A stretch of DNA of 63,352 nucleotides, counting the filler, from Octopus bimaculoides (Eukaryota): assembly GCF_001194135.2 (NCBI RefSeq). It is 4 parts of 3 records of this genome, joined end to end, with 100 filler letters (N's around TTAATTAATTAA, not from the genome) between each part and the next. Parts side by side here need not be neighbours in the genome. Positions count along the whole stretch, not along the records: positions 49,619 to 60,900 come from NC_068983.1; positions 61,001 to 63,352 come from NC_068985.1; 2 more parts are not named here. One strand, 5' to 3'. Positions 52,525 through 63,352 of the stretch are shown here, in pieces (position 1 is the first letter of the stretch; each line of letters opens with the position of its first letter). The notes below the pieces were generated by a model, which did not search any database, was not told the DNA's origin, and saw only the letters and a program-made list of their open reading frames with translations. A program made the position numbers and the translations under genes.

Positions 52525-52985
52525 TATCATCATCATCATCATCATTTAACGTCCGCCTTCCATGCTAGTTTGGGTTGGACGATTTGACTGAGGACTGGCG
52601 AATCAGAAGGCTGCACCAGACTCCAATCTGATCTGGCAGAGTTTCTACAGCTGGATGCCCTTCCTAACGCCAACCACTCCAAGAGTGTAGTGGGTGCTTT
52701 TACGTGCCACCAGCACAAGGGCCAGTGAGGCGGTACTGGCAATGGCCATGCTCAAAATGGTGTTTTTTACGTGCCACATGCACAGGTACCAGTCCAGTAG
52801 TACTGGCAACGACTTCGCTCAAATGTTTTTTCACGTGCCAGTAAGTCGACGCTGGTAATGATCATGCTCAAATGGTGCTATTTACATGCCACTGGCATGG
52901 AAGCCAGAGAGCTACTCTGGCAATGATCACACTTGGATGTTGCTCTTAGCGCTTCACTGGCACAGGTGCCAGTCATCGAATTTGG
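52525..52985 (-). mobile_element. RTE 3' tail element with (ATG)n end and internal tandem repeats
   Basis: (CAT)n TTTAACGTCCG..GCTGGATGCCCTTCCTAACGCC followed by ~55-70-bp imperfect repeats. Confidence 0.8.
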
Positions 52986-53001
52986 CTTGATTTCGATATA
53001 T

Positions 53002-53002
<1 letters not shown>

Positions 53003-53042
<40 letters not shown>

Positions 53043-54650
53043 TGTTTAACGTCGGCTTTCCATGCTAGCATGGGTTAGACGATTTGACTGAGGACTGGTG
53101 AAACCGGATGGCAACACCAGCCTCCAATCTAATTTAGCAGAGTTTCTACAGCTGGATGCCCTTCCTAACGCCAACTACTCAGAGAGTGTAGTGGGTGCTT
53201 TTATGTGTCACCCGCACGAAGGCCAGTCAGGCGGTANNNNNNNNNNNNNNNNNNNNNNNNNNNNNNNNNNNNNNNNNNNNNNNNNNNNNNNNNNNNNNNN
53301 NNNNNNNNNNNNNNNNNNNNNNNNNNNNNNNNNNNNNNNNNNNNNNNNNNNNNNNNNNNNNNNNNNNNNNNNNNNNNNNNNNNNNNNNNNNNNNNNNNNN
53401 NNNNNNNNNNNNNNNNNNNNNNNNNNNNNNNNNNNNNNCTGTTAGGGTGTGGCACGCAGCTATCCTCATTCATTCTCACCACATGTCCATACCAGCGCAA
53501 TCGTCTCTCTTGCACACCACAACTGATGCTCCTTATGTTCAGCTTTTCTCTCAAGGTACTTACACTCTGACGGGTATGCACACTGACATTACACATCCAA
53601 CGGAGCATACTGGCTTCATTCCTTGCGAGCTTACAGTGCTTATTGCACCTGAACATTTGCCACATACAAAAACTAACTCCCTAGTTAACCTGCCTTTGAT
53701 ATTGCTGCACCTCTTATGTGTCCATAGCTTGCACCGGGTACATCTTATAGAGTTACTACCTACTCCTTTTCTACATACTGAGCAGGGCCATCTACCTGAA
53801 GGGGTTTGTGTTTTATCTACCTTCCTACTTATTAGGATTTTGGTTTTAGCTAGGTTGACTCTAAGGCCCTTCGATTCTAGTCCTTGCTTCCACACCTGAA
53901 ACTTCTCCTCTAGTTCTGATAGTGACTCAGCAATTAGTGCAAGGTCATCAGCATAGAGGAGCTCCCAGGGGCAACCTGTCTTGAATTCCTCTGTGATCGC
54001 CTGGAGGACTATGATNNNNNNNNNNNNNNNNNNNNNNNNNNNNNNNNNNNNNNNNNNNNNNNNNNNNNNNNNNNNNNNNNNNNNNNNNNNNNNNNNNNNN
54101 NNNNNNNNNNNNNNNNNNNNNNNNNNNNNNNNNNNNNNNNNNNNNNNNNNNNNNNNNNNNNNNNNNNNNNNNNNNNNNNNNNNNNNNNNNNNNNNNNNNN
54201 NNNNNNNNNNNNNNNNNNNNNNNNNNNNNNNNNNNNNNNNNNNNNNNNNNNNNNNNNNNNNNNNNNNNNNNNNNNNNNNNNNNNNNNNNNNNNNNNNNNN
54301 NNNNNNNNNNNNNNNNNNNNNNNNNNNNCACCAGATAAGGGATCGGGGGACTCTGTCAAAGGGTTTCTCCATGTCAACGAAAGCCAGGTACAGAGGTTTA
54401 TCCTTGGCTAGGTATTTCTCCTGCAGCTGTCTTACTAGAAATATGGCATCAGTGGTGCTTTTACCTGGCACGAACCCAAACTGCATCTCATCTAAATTGA
54501 TTCGCTCCCTAGTTAGTTGGGCTATGACCCTCTCCGTAACTTTCATAACCTGATCTAACAGCTTGATGCCTTTGTAATTATTTGTATCTAAAGCGTCACC
54601 TTTACCTTTGTAGCAGTTGACTATGGTGCTGCTACACCAGTCACCTGTCT
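53003..54650 (-). mobile_element. RTE-clade LINE, 5' truncated, gapped: RT, PHD-like finger, thumb, 3' UTR with (ATG)n tail
   Basis: QFGFVPGKSTTDAIF, AFVDMEKPFDRVP, LLYADDLAL, VNLAKTK, RRLRWYGHVVRM. Confidence 0.92.
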
Positions 54651-55049
54651 ATATTGACTAGTTATAAGATTCATTAGAATCTAGACACATCAACATGTAG
54701 GACACCAGAAATGGCTTGGTACAATAGCATAGGGTTTACAGGAACCAACTGCACTTCAATTTTTTTAGACAAATTTATTTTCTCCTTGAAAAAAGTTCCT
54801 AATGAGAATTAGGACTCCTTCACTCCTAGTGGTTTACATGCTGGTTTACCCATAGCAGGTACCCTAACAGGTGCTACAACTCTAAGTTAAAGTAGATGTG
54901 GGAACAATAGTGACTAAGAGGTGGTTCCACACTCCTCAAAATCCTGGAAATCCTATACCAAGGCTCCACTACAAGATGCAGTTTAAAATCATACCCAGGA
55001 CTGATGTACATACACACACACACACACACACACATATAGATATGTTTAT

Positions 55050-55400
55050 ATGTGTGTGTGTGTGTAATTCCTATCATGTCACTGACTCCTTTACCTGCAT
55101 CTCTAATAATGTCATTTATTGCATCTCCTGCTCTCTCTGTTCTTCCCTGTATATTGGTCAAATGGGACACCCCTTGGCTGACTGTTTTGCGGAGCACCTC
55201 CAGGACATCAGACTCGGCAATGACTACCCAGTCTTGTGCCATTTTCTCTCTACCAGTCATTTGCTACAACATCTATCTGTGTTCGGACTGTCTCTGCACA
55301 GTGGCCACCCAGACTTCCACCTTTGCCATGAACAGCAATTAATCTTCTATCTTCAATCTTTTGCACCACATGGGCTCAACTCACCTCCTCTCTTCATCTG
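55050..55400 (+). pseudogene. Penelope-like element GIY-YIG endonuclease
   Basis: FTCISNNVIYCISCSLCSSLYIGQ..FAEHL..PVLCHF..E..GLN, the VIY-YIG pattern with CxxC spacer typical of PLEs. Confidence 0.85.
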
Positions 55401-56104
55401 ACACCAATCTCACCTCCTCTCTTCACTTGACAGCAATCACACATGGATTCACACTCTCCACTTACACACCTGCATACCGCCCACCTCGGTACCCTCACCA
55501 ACACGCACAAGATTTCTTCAAAGTTGACATACTATTAATTTAAAGAACAGGCATCTTCTCTGAAGGTAAGAGATAATTGTGGTCACATGTTCCTGCTGTA
55601 AGAGGTTTCATCAGCACAACTATTATAGTACCTTATCTCCAGTAGCCTTGGGATATGGCCATATACAAAAAAGACTGGAACAATGACTACATAATTTGCA
55701 TAAATTAAGAAAAATGAGCTAAGAGAAATAACGCAGAAAGACCAGTTGTATATATAGACAAATACATGTATATCAAAAAGCATATAGCATTAATTATTGA
55801 TTTTGTAAAATTAGCTCTATCTTCAAAGGATGTGCCTCAATTATCAAATAGCAATTAAGACCAGCAACATATGAGTATGGAAGTTAATCTCAACAATCAA
55901 AGATTGTTGTCTGGAGGTAAGGGAACATTCATGGGCATAAATGTTTGTTGTGTGTTTTTTTTTTTGTATATACCTATGGTCCTTGACAACTAGCACTGGA
56001 ATCTCAAATGCACCCACTTCACCTTCTAGAATAGTTAGCAAAAGGAGCAGAGAATACATAGGGTACTGAAGTCCTTTATTCAACTTATATACATATACAT
56101 ACAT

Positions 56105-56645
56105 ATATCATCATCATCATCATTTAACGTCTGTTGTCCATGCTGGCATGTGTTGGATGGTTTGACAAGAGTTGGCAAACTGGGGAGCTGTACCAGACTC
56201 CAGTTTGATTTGGCATGGTTTCTATGGTTGGATACTCTTCCTAATGCCAACCACTTTACAGAGTGTGCTGGGTGCTTTTACATGGCACTGTACAGGCACT
56301 TTTATGTGGTGTCACATGGGTGCTTTAATGTGATATTGCATGGGTACCTTTACATGGCACCACATGGGCACTTCTATAAGGCACCACTATAAGTGCTTTT
56401 CACTATCAGAGAGACTTAACACTTCTGCTGCAAAGTATGGGTCTTCTTGAGTCCAGAAAGGTGCTAGGTATCCACTACACTCTTAGAGTGGGTGGTGTTA
56501 GGAAGAGCATCCGGCCATAGAAACCATGCCAAATCAGACTGGAACCTAGTGCAGCTCCTCGCCTTATCAGTTTTCAGTCAAATCATCCAACCCATGCCAG
56601 CATGGAAAGTGGGCATTAAATGATGATGATGGGGATGATGATGAA
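56105..56645. mobile_element. Two RTE-tail copies in inverted orientation
   Basis: Minus copy at about 56105-56400, plus copy at about 56480-56645, each ending in (ATG)n. Confidence 0.8.
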
Positions 56646-57064
56646 CAGTTTGATTCAGCTCCATGACTTAAAATTTTTTTAGGACAAACCTTTCTTGTCA
56701 GATATCTAGATAGAGAAGAGTATTGGAATTTGAGACAAATTCAAGATGATTTTTAGATGTATGGTCAACTCAGGTCCCATATGGTTATTGGTCCAAAAGC
56801 AGCATTAGTTCTTTTCTTTATTCTTAGGCTCAAGTGTTCAGATGTTGGTAGGTAGTTGTCACCCCTATGTCTGCAAGTTGTGGTATGGGTTAGCGGCTCA
56901 GTGGATGTTCAGTGAAGAACTAACACATTAGTGGCTGAAGACTTTCTATGAAAGTAACTAGATTTGGTGATGCTAGAGAGATTACAAATATTCCACTAAC
57001 TTGCAGTAGTCATCAATAGGAAGAATGAACTATGTTTTTTTTTATATATACACTCAGGTCTATT

Positions 57065-57785
57065 CCCCACTTTTTGAGGAGGGGGTAGCCACAAGACACA
57101 CACCAGGCATTCCATTCATCTCCCCGTTCTATGCTTGGATCAAGGCATAGAACACAACCCTCTAATATCAGCAGTGCGGCCCAACTTTACCCCCGCCACA
57201 TCATGCTGTTTCCGTACCCCTTTGAGCAACATCAAATTCACTCATCTGTCCACAAACACTCTCCAAGCTTTCCTATCATTTATAAACTCTCTTGCTTCTC
57301 TCACTCCAATACTTCTAACCACCAAAGCTTTCCTCACTCCATCCATCCATCCACACAAACCGAGGTCTGCCACTGATTCTGCTGCCTACCACTTCAAACA
57401 TCTCATCTTAAACACATCTAGTCGCCTCATTTCTGCCTCTCTCAGGCCCCATGTCTCTGCACCATATAACATCGTCAGCACAATCACTCACTCATACACA
57501 CCTCTCTTCGTTTTCACACTCAACCTTTTATCTCTTAGCATACCTTTCACAACTCCAAGTATCTTACTCTCCTCCCTCACTCTATATCCCACTTCCTCAG
57601 CCAATCCACCATCTGCCATCACATATGATCTCAGATACTTAAAAACACTCACCTTCTTTAACATCTCACCATGTATACTCACATCCATCCTACCAGCCAT
57701 TCCATCTTTCGAACATCTCATCACTTCACTCTTACCTACATTCACTTTAAGTTTCATCCTCCCACACAGTCTTCCAAAAGACAAG
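57065..57785 (-). mobile_element. Second RTE-clade LINE 3' fragment (BovB-like RT C-terminus/thumb), internally deleted
   Basis: KLKVNVGKSEVM, VFKYLRS, MLYGAETWGL, RRLDVFKMKCL. Confidence 0.85.
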
Positions 57786-58327
57786 AACTATCTTATTGTT
57801 GCCACTAAAGGCATGCCTTGTTTATGAACTTCGTAGCACTGGTAGCTGATAATCCAGATCTATCACCCTAGGCCTGGCTACTCTGCACACAAAGGCTAAA
57901 ATCTACCAAGCTACTAGATCATAATAACACCCTACTCTACTATGTAAGATATCAAATGTAGTGAGCTAATGTTGCTGAATACACTATACTACAAGTTGCA
58001 GACATAATGATGACAGCTACCTGCCAAAATTCTGCCTGAGCATGTTGGTCTCAGAATAAAGAAAAGAACAGATGTTGCTTCTGGATCAGTAATACCACAT
58101 GATATGAGATAGAGGCTTAACATCTAGAAGCCATCTTGAATTTATCTCAAATCCCATTACTCTTGTCTAGATAGCCGACAAGATAAGCTCAAGCCTATGA
58201 AACTTTAAGTTTAATGGAGTTGAGTCAAATTCTTATTAAATAATATGTGTAACTCCTATCCAATGTGGTGAGTGCCACTTTCTTTCATTCGTTCACTCAC
58301 TCATATATCAATATATAAATAAAAGAA

Positions 58328-58372
<45 letters not shown>

Positions 58373-58692
58373 TCCTTATGCATTCAAAAGCTGAGTTGCC
58401 TATTTTGATGTATGGAGTATCAAAAGATTCAATAATCTTTCAGCTACCAAATAAACTTTATTTTCATTTACATATTTTATACATTATCTCAACAATTAGC
58501 TTTAGTTATTTGAAAGACACTATTCTGTAATGACCAGGTTTCATTAGAAAGTGAAAATAGTTTTACACTTTCAATTTGAACCAAAATTACATTATGAGAG
58601 TGACGATGTGTGAATAATGAAAGTAATGTTTCTACGAATTAATAAGATGTATACTATAACAAAGAAAGCTGCTTATCATCTATCGATATATA

Positions 58693-59576
58693 TTGGGTCA
58701 TCCCATAAGTAATGCGGTTTTTTCAGTTGCATGAACTAAAAGTCAGAGGGGGATGGGATAAACTACCTGCATCAACATACTATAAAAGCAAGTAGTAATT
58801 TACCTTGTCCTTATTCTTAGTGCGAGTTTTGAAGAGTGCAGTTCAATTTTCAGTTATTTTTTCAAAGCTATAATGGAAGTGACAAAGGAGCATATTCAGC
58901 ATCTTTTGCTTTACAAGTTTAATAAAGGCAACAACACAACAAAAAGTGCAAGGAACATTAATGCATTATATGGGGATTGGACAATAAGTGCAAGCCAGTC
59001 TCAACTGTGGTTCCAGAAATTCCTAGAAGATGAGTCTCGTCCTAGAAGTTCTGTAGAATTCGACAAGGACATCCTGCAAACCCTGGTGGAAACATTACTT
59101 TCATTATTCACACATCGTCACTCTCATAATGTAATTTTGGTTCAAATTGAAAGTGTAAAACTATTTTCACTTTCTAATGAAACTGTTGAAGAACTAGTAG
59201 TGTAGCTTGTATTTAGTCATTCAACCAGTCATTCAAGTCAGCACTAGAAGAAAAATGACCATCTATGGTTTCAAGATGAAAGGTGTTCTTCCATCAGGAC
59301 AATGCTTGACCACATACAGCAAGGATGACATTCCAAAGGAGCAGTTTGAATGAGAAACGATGCCCCGCCCACCATATTTGCTAGACATTGCCCCATCTGA
59401 TTATCATTTATTCCGCTGTCTTCAAAATCATTTAGCTGGAAAAAATATGAATTCTGTAGATGAGATCAGAACAGTAGTAAAGGAGTATTTTTTGTCACGG
59501 ACAAGTGAATTTTGGAAGATAGACCTTGCATTAAAAAAGACGTGAAAAAAAATACATTATTTATGGGATGACCCGC
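58693..59576 (+). mobile_element. Mariner (Hsmar1/cecropia-like) internal-deletion derivative
   Basis: TIRs TTGGGTCATCCCATAAGTAATG / CATTATTTATGGGATGACCC with TA flanks; HTH MEVTKEHIQHLLLY..WFQKF, FHQDNA and PYLLDIAPSDYHLF; middle of transposase missing. Confidence 0.9.
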
Positions 59577-60109
59577 TATAAAGGCTACCAGATAAACTAT
59601 GTTTTTCGTACAACAGCTCTTTTTTGCTACAAAAATAACCTTGGAAATGAGGTCAGGTCACACGATTTTGAGGTCATTTTCAAGCAATATTTCGATTTGC
59701 TTCTAATGTTTCACTTTCGTCCAATGTTTTACACATGCATAGAATTCTACTCAGACAAACATTTATGAAAATGTACACATAAACATTGTATCAAAATAAG
59801 TCACAACCAAAAAAATTCATTAAAAGACATCCATTTCTCTATTTGTTATGAGGAAATACAGTTACTCATTCTCTCTCTCTCACATGCACATATACATACA
59901 AAAAATGATGTATGCATATGTATTTATGTATGTGTATACGAAAGATGTGTGTGTGTGCATGCACATGTTTGTGAGGGAGAGAGAGAGCGAGTGAGTACCA
60001 CTTACACGTACATGCAAAAAATACATACATGACAATACACACCTTCACTCACTCAGTTTCTGTCTCTCACACACACACATACACAGACTCACACACACAC
60101 ATACACGGA

Positions 60110-60144
<35 letters not shown>

Positions 60145-60384
60145 CCATTTCATATGCACATACATACATCTTTCACTTTCTCCTCTCTTTCACTTTCTTC
60201 TCTCACTTCAAAGTAAATGTTGCCTTTTCACTTTCTCCTCTCTTCAAAGCATAACGAAATAAAAAAATTTTTATAGAAATTTATAAACAATCATATGAAC
60301 CCATATGATCAAGTTGACAACTTTTCTGCTTCAAACGAAAGAACCATAAAATAACCTCCTTTGGCACATACATGTGTGCATGCG

Positions 60385-60435
<51 letters not shown>

Positions 60436-61000
60436 TCTAGGTAAAACTTCTATATGAATTATGTTATTCCTTGCTGTGTGCAAGCACAAAATTACGGCTC
60501 AAATCCGATTGAAATGATCTTTTACTGTTCTGTAACTTGTGTTTGTGATGAGCGTATTTAAAAACATGATCTGCCATATCTATATATATATAGCTGAGTT
60601 TGTGAGTGTGTGTGTATGTGTATCCAATTCATACATTTACACAATTCCAAATTTCTTGAATGAAACAATCGGAATTAATATTCTAAATACCATAACCTAG
60701 GTAACGGCGTCATTTATTCCGTCAAAATCAATCACAGTTACCAATAAAATCCATTAAACTGCGCAAAATAACATTTCCCCCCTCTAATAAAACCTAAATT
60801 TCCTCTTTCTACGACCTTTACAAATACTTTCAACTCCTACTTTCTCTTATGAACGCTTACGAACGATAACTCCTACTTTCTCTTATGCATACAAAGTCAT
60901 NNNNNNNNNNNNNNNNNNNNNNNNNNNNNNNNNNNNNNNNNNNNTTAATTAATTAANNNNNNNNNNNNNNNNNNNNNNNNNNNNNNNNNNNNNNNNNNNN

Positions 61001-61298
61001 TGTCCCGTTTGTTTATTAGGAATTTGGTTGCTATTTCTTGTTCTTGAATAGCAAAGGCATACCCTTCAAAGTGAGAGTTGGTGACCCGATTGTTTGTCCA
61101 CGATAGACTGCTCTGGTTGTCAATGTTGTTATCACCCTGGAGCTTTCTGTTAACGTATCCATGCATGGTCTTCTGCTGGAATGCATTCATCCTCTCCTCT
61201 GATGTTATGTTACGGTAGAGTCTTGCAATTTCTTTGGGTAACAGTTCAGGGTTGTCGAATAGGGAATGCTTGTCAAGTAGTTGCCTTCCCAATCTCAT
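61001..61298 (-). pseudogene. RLE-type LINE (R4/Dong-like) post-RT fragment
   Basis: MHGYVNR..ID..S.SW....FEGYAFAIQEQEIATK resembles the HG..D..S..WL..EG..A.Q.Q segment preceding the CCHC in R4-clade ORFs. Confidence 0.6.
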
Positions 61299-61319
61299 GA
61301 TGGTATTTACCTCATATTC

Positions 61320-61470
61320 GACAGGCTTGAACCCAGTCCCCGTCTACCAAATTCATTCACAAGGTATTGGTTGGCCCGGGACTATAGTAGAAGGCATTTG
61401 CCCCAAGCAGCATCCGAAACCATTTGCTTGAAAAGCGAGCTTCTGAACCACACAGCCATGCCTCTGCCTA
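61320..61470 (-). mobile_element. SINE family A head, diverged
   Basis: CGTCTACCAAAT..TAGTAGAAG..CCACACAGCC. Confidence 0.65.
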
Positions 61471-61695
61471 GTCTTAAAATAAAATGGCAGTCAACCACTG
61501 AGGGTCAACATAATCAACTAACTTTCCACCTCACAAATTTCCTACCATGGTAAATACGCGTTGAAAGTAGTTGTTGTTTCCTCAAAATCAACTCAACAGA
61601 GAACTGACCAATAATCAGGCATCCCATCCGTTATTATCCACTCATTATAGAAGTTTGTACATTGTACATTATCGTATCGGTCATTTCCTTTTACA

Positions 61696-62499
61696 TGTGG
61701 AGGCGCAATGGCCCAGTGGTTAGGGCAGCGGACTCGTGGTCATAGGATCGCGGTTTCGATTCCCAGACCAGGCGTTGTGGGTGTTTATTGAGCGAAAACA
61801 CCTAAAGCTCCACGAGGCTCCGGCAGGGGATGGTAGCGAACCCTGCTGTACTCTTCCACCACAACTTTCTTCTCTCACTCTTTCTTCCTGTTTCTCTTGT
61901 GCCTGTATTTCAAAGGACCAGCCTTGTCACACTGTGTCACGCTGAATATCCCCGAGAACTACGTTAAGGCTACACGTGTCTGTGGAGTGCTCACCCACTT
62001 GCACGTTAATTTCACGAGCAGGCTGTTCCGTTGATTGGATCAACTGGAACCCTCGACGTCGTAAGCGACGGAGTGCCAACAACAACAACAACANNNNNNN
62101 NNNTGTGGAGGCGCAATGGCCCAGTGGTTAGGGCAGCGGACTCGTGGTCATAGGATCGCGGTTTCGATTCCCAGACCAGGCGTTGTGGGTGTTTATTGAG
62201 CGAAAACACCTAAAGCTCCACGAGGCTCCGGCAGGGGATGGTAGCGAACCCTGCTGTACTCTTCCACCACAACTTTCTTCTCTCACTCTTTCTTCCTGTT
62301 TCTCTTGTGCCTGTATTTCAAAGGACCAGCCTTGTCACACTGTGTCACGCTGAATATCCCCGAGAACTACGTTAAGGCTACACGTGTCTGTGGAGTGCTC
62401 ACCCACTTGCACGTTAATTTCACGAGCAGGCTGTTCCGTTGATTGGATCAACTGGAACCCTCGACGTCGTAAGCGACGGAGTGCCAACAACAACAACAA
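61696..62499 (+). mobile_element. SINE family C (tRNA head, (CAA)n tail), present twice around a 10-N gap, one 14-bp TSD
   Basis: A box TGGCCCAGTGG, B box GTTTCGATTCC; TSD CATTTCCTTTTACA at 61682-61695 and 62500-62513. Confidence 0.92.
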
Positions 62500-62749
62500 C
62501 ATTTCCTTTTACAACAGTATAAGATGTGATTTTATGTACATTTGATTACTATTTCTAGCAGACCGTGCAATACCGTGTAGATTTCTCCGATGATTTTAAG
62601 AATTGCAGTAAGAAAATGAGCTATTGTATTAGAGCAGGATATTGTTTTCAATGGCTACCTTGTAAGCCCTGTCTAGGAGTAAGAGCTTCTATTTGTGGAG
62701 ACAGAATTTTATATAATGTTAATTTGACTTTTAGGAATATCCCTTACTA

Positions 62750-62960
62750 AAGGAGAAGGTGGTGATCTAGCAGAATAGTTACAAAGTCGAATAAAATGCT
62801 TAGCGGCATCTCTTCCAGTTCTTTAAGTTCTGAGTTCAAATCCTACCAAGGCCAACTTTGCTTTTATCCATCCAGGGTCGATAAAATAAAGTACTAGTCA
62901 AGTACCGGGGTACATGTGATCTTCATGTTCTCTCCTCCTCTCAAAATTGCTGGCTCGAAA
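62750..62960 (+). mobile_element. SINE family B copy
   Basis: CTGAGTTCAAATCC..GGGTCGATAAAATAAAGTACTAG. Confidence 0.7.
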
Positions 62961-63190
62961 ACTGCAACAGACAGGTATCCCGTTGAAGAGGTGTCATATG
63001 ATGTCGGTCGTTTACATGCCATGGCAAAAAGATTACCGGCGCTACGTGTACCAGGGCTCACAAAAAAACTCCAAAGGAGACCATTATTAAGGAATGGTTA
63101 TGCGTGTGTGCGTTATAAGAAGATAGTGAAATGCACACACACATATTAAAAAATATATATGTATATATAGAGAGAGAGGGGAGAGAGAGA

Positions 63191-63352
63191 ATAGGTCCAA
63201 GCGTGGCAGTGTACCAAGAATCTCGCTTTCCAGTCATAAGGTTCTGGGTACAGTCCCACTACGCAGCAACTTCTACCATAGCCTTGGGTGGATTTGGTAG
63301 GCGGAATATAAAGAAGCCCGTCGTATATATATATATATATATATATATATAT
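63191..63352 (+). mobile_element. SINE family A head running into its (AT)n tract
   Basis: CAGTCCCACTACG..GTGGATTTGGTAG..GAAGCCCGTCG(TA)n. Confidence 0.75.

Noticed and set aside
52740-52985. CRISPR-like repeat-spacer array
   Set aside because: Units are degenerate tandem repeats without unique spacers, inside a eukaryotic LINE tail; no cas genes
55585-55615. Minus-strand CTGATGA near the PLE endonuclease end
   Set aside because: Followed by GAAC rather than GAAA with a 2-3 bp stem, and antisense to the element
58873-59545. SETMAR-like domesticated gene
   Set aside because: Bounded by TIRs and TA, catalytic core deleted, multiple stops
60945-60956. TTAATTAATTAA as a biological motif
   Set aside because: Always centred in an exact 100-bp N construct; synthetic
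62916-63149. 77-aa ORF as a host exon
   Set aside because: Starts inside a SINE, no recognisable domain; cannot be supported without RNA-seq or homology. The same applies to short ORFs at 3460, 14338 and 18040

Overview
Repeat-saturated, AT-rich eukaryotic DNA from a gapped scaffold (about 7.4 kb of N). The SINE, RTE and microsatellite content looks like a coleoid cephalopod, most likely Octopus; this is inferred from family recognition, not a search. I found no host protein-coding exon, rRNA, genuine tRNA or CRISPR array. Every recognisable coding stretch is a decayed transposon: L1/Tx1 ORF2, a gag/ORF1-only element, four Penelope-like (PLE) fragments, two RTE LINEs (one with a PHD-type finger), HERO- and R4-like fragments, a Helitron helicase with its 3' terminus, a full-length Tc1 fossil, two mariner deletion derivatives and several MITEs. 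At least five tRNA-derived SINE families and many microsatellites fill the rest. Most notable: (1) several hammerhead-ribozyme-like motifs, one with an intact catalytic core (minus strand 33732-33826), one in a tRNA-SINE tail, and a twin atypical pair in a 334-bp insertion; (2) a 3' terminal motif shared by an L1/Tx1 LINE, an ORF1-only element and a SINE subfamily, suggesting one mobilisation network; (3) a SINE family carrying a built-in compound microsatellite; (4) a perfect 95-bp inverted templated insertion inside an old mariner. Three N44-TTAATTAATTAA-N44 spacers are synthetic scaffold joins, so adjacency across them is not sequence-proven. All alignments and folds were done by eye.
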